From Candidatus Poribacteria bacterium (GTDB lineage Bacteria > Poribacteria > WGA-4E > JAJDTR01), in contig JAJDTR010000165.1 of assembly GCA_022827055.1 (NCBI GenBank), positions 17,682 to 81,681 on the forward strand: a stretch of DNA of 64,000 nt, in the 5' to 3' direction. Position numbers and translations under genes: made by a program. Of the stretch, positions 59,023 to 64,000 are shown piece after piece; the first letter of the stretch is position 1, and each line of letters begins with the position of its first letter. Below the pieces are notes generated by a model that saw only the letters and a program-made list of their open reading frames with translations, was not told the origin of the DNA and searched no databases.

Positions 59023-61407
59023 TTAGTCAAATGTCAATCCCGCCTCCGAGTCGTACGCGGCTTTAACGCGATACGGTTCTTTCCGTTCCCGGGGCAAGAT
59101 TCTATCATCATTTCTTAGAGCGTGATATCTCCTCCAGCTTATCGGGACTAACAGTTCTCCAGCGCGAATTGGCTCATCGTCGCATACGGTTTGGTATTCT
59201 TCATACATTGAATCTGGTAGCACCTCAAGCCCATCAAACGCCTTGAAAAACAGGTTCTCAAGTTCCTCATTTGCCGAAAACGGACGCATTGTTCTCACAC
59301 AAGTTTTGTCAAAGTCTGCGGCGGCGATTTCGTATTCCTCTCGCCAGCGCGCTTCAATCTCACCGCTGTAAATCTCATCCAGCCATCCTCCAATCGCGCT
59401 TTCGTCAATCGGTCGTTCATGTTCGCGCTCAAGAATTACAATCGTCTGTTCCACCAGTTCTGGGTCATAAATCTTTTGCCCGTCGTCGGGTTGGCGGAAC
59501 ACGTGAACTGGTGCAAGGTCTCTCTGTTTCCTGCCGCGGTTAATACGACCAAAGCGTTGCACGAGCGCTTCTAAAGGCGCCGGTTCTGTATAAATTGTGT
59601 CGAGGTCAATATCAAGACTAACCTCAACTACTTGCGTCGCAACGAGAACAATCGGATAGCGCGCGTCGCTTGTTGAGCCTGTCGCTTCTCTGATAATTTG
59701 CTCTTTCTTGGAACGGTCTCGCATGTTAAACCGACCGTGCAAGAGTTCGGTTCGGATATTTACCTCATTCAATTCGTTACGAATCCGTTCATATGCTTCT
59801 TGTGCGCGATCGACCAAGTTGCACACGACCAACACCGATTTCCCTGCCTTCGCATCTCCTGTCACCTTCGCTAGAATTGAATCATCTAATAACTCGCCAT
59901 CGTGTAGCATGAGCCGGTGACGCACGAATTTTTGAAATAACTCGGGAGCAGCTTCAACTGTAGTTGGTGTGTCTAAGGCTTCGGATAGCCACCCTTGAAT
60001 CAGTTTTGGAAAGGTCGCCGACATAACGAAGAAACGCGCGTTGAAATTTACCCTCAAGTATTCGATGGTCTTGAAAATCATAGCCAGTCGACCGACTTCG
60101 TAGGCGTGGATTTCGTCGAAAATGAACGCCGCGTTGTGGTAATCGGTAAGCAACGCCTCGTAACCCTTGAGGCGGTACATCCCTTTAAGCATCTGATACG
60201 GGCTAAACACACGGACGGGTGGATAATTCAGTCGTGAGAGATTCCGCGCCCGTCTCGCAGTGCGTGCCGCCGCTTGTGAGGAATAGTCCCTTTCCAAGAG
60301 ATCTCGGTAAAGAGCAAGTAGACTGCGCCCGTGCTGTAAACCTACACGCTTTGGAAAACTATCATTTAATCGCTTTTGCATAGCATTCATACTTGCTTGG
60401 TAGGGGAGCGTATAAAAAAGTCTGGGCAAACATCCTGTGACTGAAGATTGACGCGCCGCCCAGAGCAGCGCAGCTTCGGTTTTTCCGCTACCGGTAGGCG
60501 CTACCAAAAGTGCTGAATCATTAATTGTTGCGGCTTTTGACTGGTGTTCAAAGAGACCTTCCGGGGACAGGTCGCGGCTAGCTAAAATCGTGTCCGCGTG
60601 AAACTGAGCAAGTGGTATCGGTCCCGCGTGAGCCGAAGCGCTGTGGTCTGCATTGATAATGTAACCACGTACCGTAATTCCCGGCACAACTGCATGAGGT
60701 GCCTCGCCGTCCTCGAAACCTCGATTGAGTCTGCGGTAAACCCTCAGCCAATGCCGAATCCTTTCAACCCCACGCTGCTGAATGGACTCAATTGCAGTCT
60801 GCTCCGCCGGGAGTGTTGGTTCAAAGATGCCGCAATCAATGAGCCCAAGGTCATCTCGCCATGGGATAGCACATTCTGACAACCAACGCCACAATCCGTG
60901 CAAGCCCCCCTCTTTAAGAGACGCGAGTTGTGGTTGCAACGGATCATCGTCGTCGAAGTCAGGGATGGGGTAAATCCGCTGAATTTCCTCGAAATCCCGA
61001 TGATGCGAGACAATACTGGCAACAAGCCACTGCTGTTCTTCTGTCGAAAGATCACCTGCAATCCAATCGACAAACGCGAGCGAAAACACCTCGTGGCGGT
61101 GTCCCCAGACGGTTCCGTCAGAATGGAGCTGGGTTTGAAAGCTGTCCAATGCTTTTCCAAAATCGTGAAGAAACGCCGACCAATAAAGGACGTGCCATAA
61201 ACGCGGCACATTTAGCTGCTGCGGCAAGTTTGGGCGCAACCGGATAAACTCTGCTAACCGTGACAACACGTTCCATGTATGCCGGGCTAACGTCTCCGGT
61301 TGACCGTCTTCACCCAATTCCGCACTTTTTGCCCATACACCGTCTAACCAATCTGGACTTATTGAAGGCTTGCTCGCGACGGATTTAGTCAGCGGTTGCA
61401 TCTTCAT
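59023..61407 (-). CDS. cas3: Cas3 helicase-nuclease with N-terminal HD domain
   Basis: HD motifs (HTWNV, LHDFGKA, HRHEV) followed by DEAD/DEAH helicase motifs (APTGSGKTEAALLWAA, FDEIHAY). Confidence 0.9.
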   Translation of the reverse strand: MKMQPLTKSVASKPSISPDWLDGVWAKSAELGEDGQPETLARHTWNVLSRLAEFIRLRPNLPQQLNVPRLWHVLYWSAFLHDFGKALDSFQTQLHSDGTVWGHRHEVFSLAFVDWIAGDLSTEEQQWLVASIVSHHRDFEEIQRIYPIPDFDDDDPLQPQLASLKEGGLHGLWRWLSECAIPWRDDLGLIDCGIFEPTLPAEQTAIESIQQRGVERIRHWLRVYRRLNRGFEDGEAPHAVVPGITVRGYIINADHSASAHAGPIPLAQFHADTILASRDLSPEGLFEHQSKAATINDSALLVAPTGSGKTEAALLWAARQSSVTGCLPRLFYTLPYQASMNAMQKRLNDSFPKRVGLQHGRSLLALYRDLLERDYSSQAAARTARRARNLSRLNYPPVRVFSPYQMLKGMYRLKGYEALLTDYHNAAFIFDEIHAYEVGRLAMIFKTIEYLRVNFNARFFVMSATFPKLIQGWLSEALDTPTTVEAAPELFQKFVRHRLMLHDGELLDDSILAKVTGDAKAGKSVLVVCNLVDRAQEAYERIRNELNEVNIRTELLHGRFNMRDRSKKEQIIREATGSTSDARYPIVLVATQVVEVSLDIDLDTIYTEPAPLEALVQRFGRINRGRKQRDLAPVHVFRQPDDGQKIYDPELVEQTIVILEREHERPIDESAIGGWLDEIYSGEIEARWREEYEIAAADFDKTCVRTMRPFSANEELENLFFKAFDGLEVLPDSMYEEYQTVCDDEPIRAGELLVPISWRRYHALRNDDRILPRERKEPYRVKAAYDSEAGLTFD

Positions 61408-62110
61408 TTCCTACAAAGTTGTGGAAAATCAATCCGAGATGGCTGCCTCGGTACTCAGGCACCAACGGGTCAATCCAATGTGTGGAGTTCCCATTTGAAG
61501 GTGTCACTCGATCAGTGAGAACCGTATATTGCGAAAACTGTGGTTGACGGTTTCGATTGTAGTCTAGATAGCGCGGCAGCAAAACCGATACTCCCCGCCC
61601 CAATCTTTGCCCCATTTGGTGCGGAATAATTGTGTGCTCAAAGTAGACATTCTCGCTCTGCTGCAATTCAACCACGTTGATTTCTGTGTAAGTGAACAAG
61701 TCTTGCGACGTGCCCAAGGACACGGCATACCGAGGACTTCGGAAAGCCGTTTCCCAGTCGGGACGGTTGATGTAGAGCGTGAGACGCGGCTGAAATAGCA
61801 ATTCGCGTTCAAAGGGGTTTACATTGCCCTCAAGGGCATTAGGGATTTGAGTACCGGGAAACTTGCTACGATTAGATTTAGGTGGTGCTAACACAATGAT
61901 GTGTTCAATATCCCTAACGTGCCCCTGATGCGTGAAATGGTAAGCGAATTGAACCCCGCTTGAATCGAACCATTCCCCTAGTGCGCTACAGATGTGCCCG
62001 TAGATTGTCGCGGGCGGTGGCATCTGAAAACTGGGATGAATCTGTAGCATGAAATGTGGATAGCGAAAAGACGTAGTAAGCCCTTCCGCAACGATTCTAA
62101 GGACTTTCAT
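61385..62110 (-). CDS. cas5: Cas5 (type I-B-like)
   Basis: Internal start MKVLRIVAEGLTTSFRYPHF...PPPATIYGHICSALG, a typical Cas5 N-terminus, preceded by a gggag RBS. Confidence 0.7.
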   Translation of the reverse strand: MKVLRIVAEGLTTSFRYPHFMLQIHPSFQMPPPATIYGHICSALGEWFDSSGVQFAYHFTHQGHVRDIEHIIVLAPPKSNRSKFPGTQIPNALEGNVNPFERELLFQPRLTLYINRPDWETAFRSPRYAVSLGTSQDLFTYTEINVVELQQSENVYFEHTIIPHQMGQRLGRGVSVLLPRYLDYNRNRQPQFSQYTVLTDRVTPSNGNSTHWIDPLVPEYRGSHLGLIFHNFVGNEDATAD

Positions 62111-62177
62111 AGAAAACTCCCGAGTTAAGAATGAGAAACCGAGTTTTTTCGAAAAAAGCTCGGTTTCTTCTTTGCTC

Positions 62178-63266
62178 TCAATCCAACCAATTCGCATTTT
62201 CGGCTTTCTGTAAATCTTCCACAAACCCTTTGAATGCATCGCGTGGATGGCTCACGGTGAGTTTCGCCCCGCAAGCTGCAAAATCGGTTTCTTCATTCAA
62301 TGCCTTCAAAAGTTTAAGCCGTTCATCATCAAGATATCCCTTGACCCAACCAACGTAAATGTCTGAGAGAATGTCGTCCTTGAAAACTGCCAGAGCCTCC
62401 GCAAGCGCATCAACCTTCAATTCAGGCTCGCCGTGCTGATTGGCGCCGACGATGTGGCCGAAAATGTGATTGCCCCCTTTGGTCACTGCCCATATAACCA
62501 ACGCGGGACTTACATCTGTGTAGTGTAAAGACTGTTTCGCGCCGCCTTCAAGGTGTGCGAGACCATCCAACAGCGTGCTGATACGTTGAATCCGAGAGTC
62601 AAACGGTAGTCGATAGGCACTTTCGTCCTCCAAGTGTTCAAGGTTTTGGTCTTTCGCCAATTCAATGCGAACATCGTCAAGATTGCGAAAACCGGTTTTT
62701 TGCCGATAGGAAAATGTCCCTGCTGCATGCAAATCAAGCGAAAGCAGCCCTTTTAGGGTTGTACGATAGAATTGATGTTCGTGCGGAACCGGATCACCGT
62801 CATGCCTTGACATCGTACCGAAATCGTCAACAACGCGTGTCGGCGCAATAGAGACTAAGGTACTCACGCGAAAAGGTGAAACGCGAGTTACTGCGTCTGC
62901 GGTTTCAGTCTCGTTCGCTCGCGATTCGTCTGCTTCTCGTTTCTCCTTAGCGGAAGCCCTCTTTGATGGGGCTCGCATGTAGCCGAAAAGATCGTCGTCC
63001 CAATATTCAATAGGGTTGGCATCGGTATAAGCCACCTTTTCCTCCCGGTAGATTGGAGCAGGTGTCCAATTGAATTCACTCCCGTCTAAGGTTGTACGCA
63101 GCCAGTAGCGAAACGATTGCGCTGACACATAAGGATAAGCGCCCTGCCGTGTGCGAATCATCTTTACGCCTACAGTGTTATCGTTACGCGCACCGGGAAT
63201 GCTTCCGAGATTGTTGAGCGCGGATGCTGGAGCGTCAATGAGCATCAAACCAGTTGCAAAAGCCAT
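62178..63266 (-). CDS. cas7: Cas7 backbone subunit (DevR/Csh2-like)
   Basis: LIDAPASALNN and YVSAQSFRYWLR motifs resemble the Cas7 RRM core. An aaggagg RBS is present. Confidence 0.65.
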   Translation of the reverse strand: MAFATGLMLIDAPASALNNLGSIPGARNDNTVGVKMIRTRQGAYPYVSAQSFRYWLRTTLDGSEFNWTPAPIYREEKVAYTDANPIEYWDDDLFGYMRAPSKRASAKEKREADESRANETETADAVTRVSPFRVSTLVSIAPTRVVDDFGTMSRHDGDPVPHEHQFYRTTLKGLLSLDLHAAGTFSYRQKTGFRNLDDVRIELAKDQNLEHLEDESAYRLPFDSRIQRISTLLDGLAHLEGGAKQSLHYTDVSPALVIWAVTKGGNHIFGHIVGANQHGEPELKVDALAEALAVFKDDILSDIYVGWVKGYLDDERLKLLKALNEETDFAACGAKLTVSHPRDAFKGFVEDLQKAENANWLD

Positions 63267-63299
63267 GATATGAACCTCCTTACTATCCGTAATGATGTT

Positions 63300-64000
63300 T
63301 TAACTGTTTTCAGTCTTGTTCTCTTGGGCGGTCTCCTCAACCACATCGGGATTTTCGCCCAACCAGCCTTTTTCATGCAGCCGTTCGACCATTCTGATGA
63401 AGACAAGGTCACGCGCTAACCACCAGTCTAGCTTCGCCAATTCATAGCCCTCTTCAAAAACCTCAATGTACGGGTCAAATGTGATAATCGGGGCATTGCC
63501 ACGGTTGACATATTCTAGATTGGTGCGAATCAAGAGCGTGCGTACATTGTTCGGGTTTCTCTCACGAAAAAAATTAAGAAAGAAACGTTTGTCATTCTGG
63601 CTACTGACATAGTCCGCAAGTCTGTCGCCCATCTTGCGAATTTCCTCAATTCGTTCTTTTTCCATGTTATATACCCTCCTTAAAAAAGATGCGGTGATGC
63701 CCCACGAAACCAAATCGATACCACCCGTTAATCCGTATTCTGCCCGTGGATCGCCCTGTTCGGTGCGAGCGTAACGGAGTGCTCGACGCAAAAAGTAAGT
63801 TTGCAGGAACGTTTTTGCCTTGTCGGGTAGAAGAAACGTCCCATCATACAGTCCTAGAATATCCTCATAAAGCCAATTCCGACGCGGGTGAAACGGCTTG
63901 TTATCCTTCTGTCCCCTCTTTTTCTGCGGCTCCACTTCCCACGCCCGATGGACGATTCTGCCCCACTGGAATCGGTAATCAGGCTCCCCCATTTCACGTA
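63300..64000 (-). CDS. probable Cas8-family large subunit, C-terminal (small-subunit-like) part; reading frame remains open to the window edge
   Basis: Alpha-helical region directly upstream of cas7-cas5-cas3, matching the cas8b-cas7-cas5-cas3 order. No diagnostic motif, so this is a contextual call. Confidence 0.4.
   Translation of the reverse strand, partial: REMGEPDYRFQWGRIVHRAWEVEPQKKRGQKDNKPFHPRRNWLYEDILGLYDGTFLLPDKAKTFLQTYFLRRALRYARTEQGDPRAEYGLTGGIDLVSWGITASFLRRVYNMEKERIEEIRKMGDRLADYVSSQNDKRFFLNFFRERNPNNVRTLLIRTNLEYVNRGNAPIITFDPYIEVFEEGYELAKLDWWLARDLVFIRMVERLHEKGWLGENPDVVEETAQENKTENS

Overview
The window is a gene-dense bacterial chromosomal segment of moderately high GC. I found no rRNA or tRNA genes. 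The core content is housekeeping. Reading left to right, it holds a 5'-partial HAD-IB hydrolase and a very large double-activase/2-hydroxyacyl-CoA-dehydratase-like fusion protein. Next come moaA and a complete suf Fe-S assembly operon (sufCBD, a CGWS monothiol glutaredoxin-like gene, sufS, sufU, a Rieske ferredoxin, sufT, and a DUF971-rhodanese fusion). These are followed by an orphan modC, a tandem-duplicated UxaA-like dehydratase, an O-methyltransferase, copA and three sugar-type oxidoreductases. A pyrimidine operon (HD-pyrR-pyrC-GNAT-carA-carB) follows, preceded by what looks like a classical PyrR-binding attenuator. The remaining core genes are acnA, an aldo/keto reductase, dnaE and gdh. 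The most unusual part is the 3' end (about 54.8-64 kb), which holds a type I-B-like CRISPR-Cas locus on the minus strand. Its interference genes are a cas8-like C-terminal fragment, cas7, cas5 and an HD-helicase cas3; cas6 and the cas8 5' end presumably lie beyond the window. A BrnT/BrnA toxin-antitoxin pair sits between these and an adaptation module in the uncommon order cas1-cas2-cas4. The CRISPR array is short and decayed. Three copies of a roughly 105-205 bp MITE-like element with about 30-bp terminal inverted repeats have inserted at the same position inside three of its repeats. Solo or tandem fragments of the same inverted-repeat sequence occur at six or more other intergenic sites in the window. 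Other accessory features are a second MITE-like family in two copies, REP-like palindromes, a hicB-hicA pair with a frameshifted hicA, and Uma2-family nuclease genes. A secreted Asn/Gly-rich low-complexity protein is flanked by homopyrimidine tracts. A small cluster encodes a membrane-anchored tandem-repeat coiled-coil protein next to a stand-alone HldE-domain-II-like nucleotidyltransferase. All calls rest on reading the provided translations and DNA by eye; no database searches were run.
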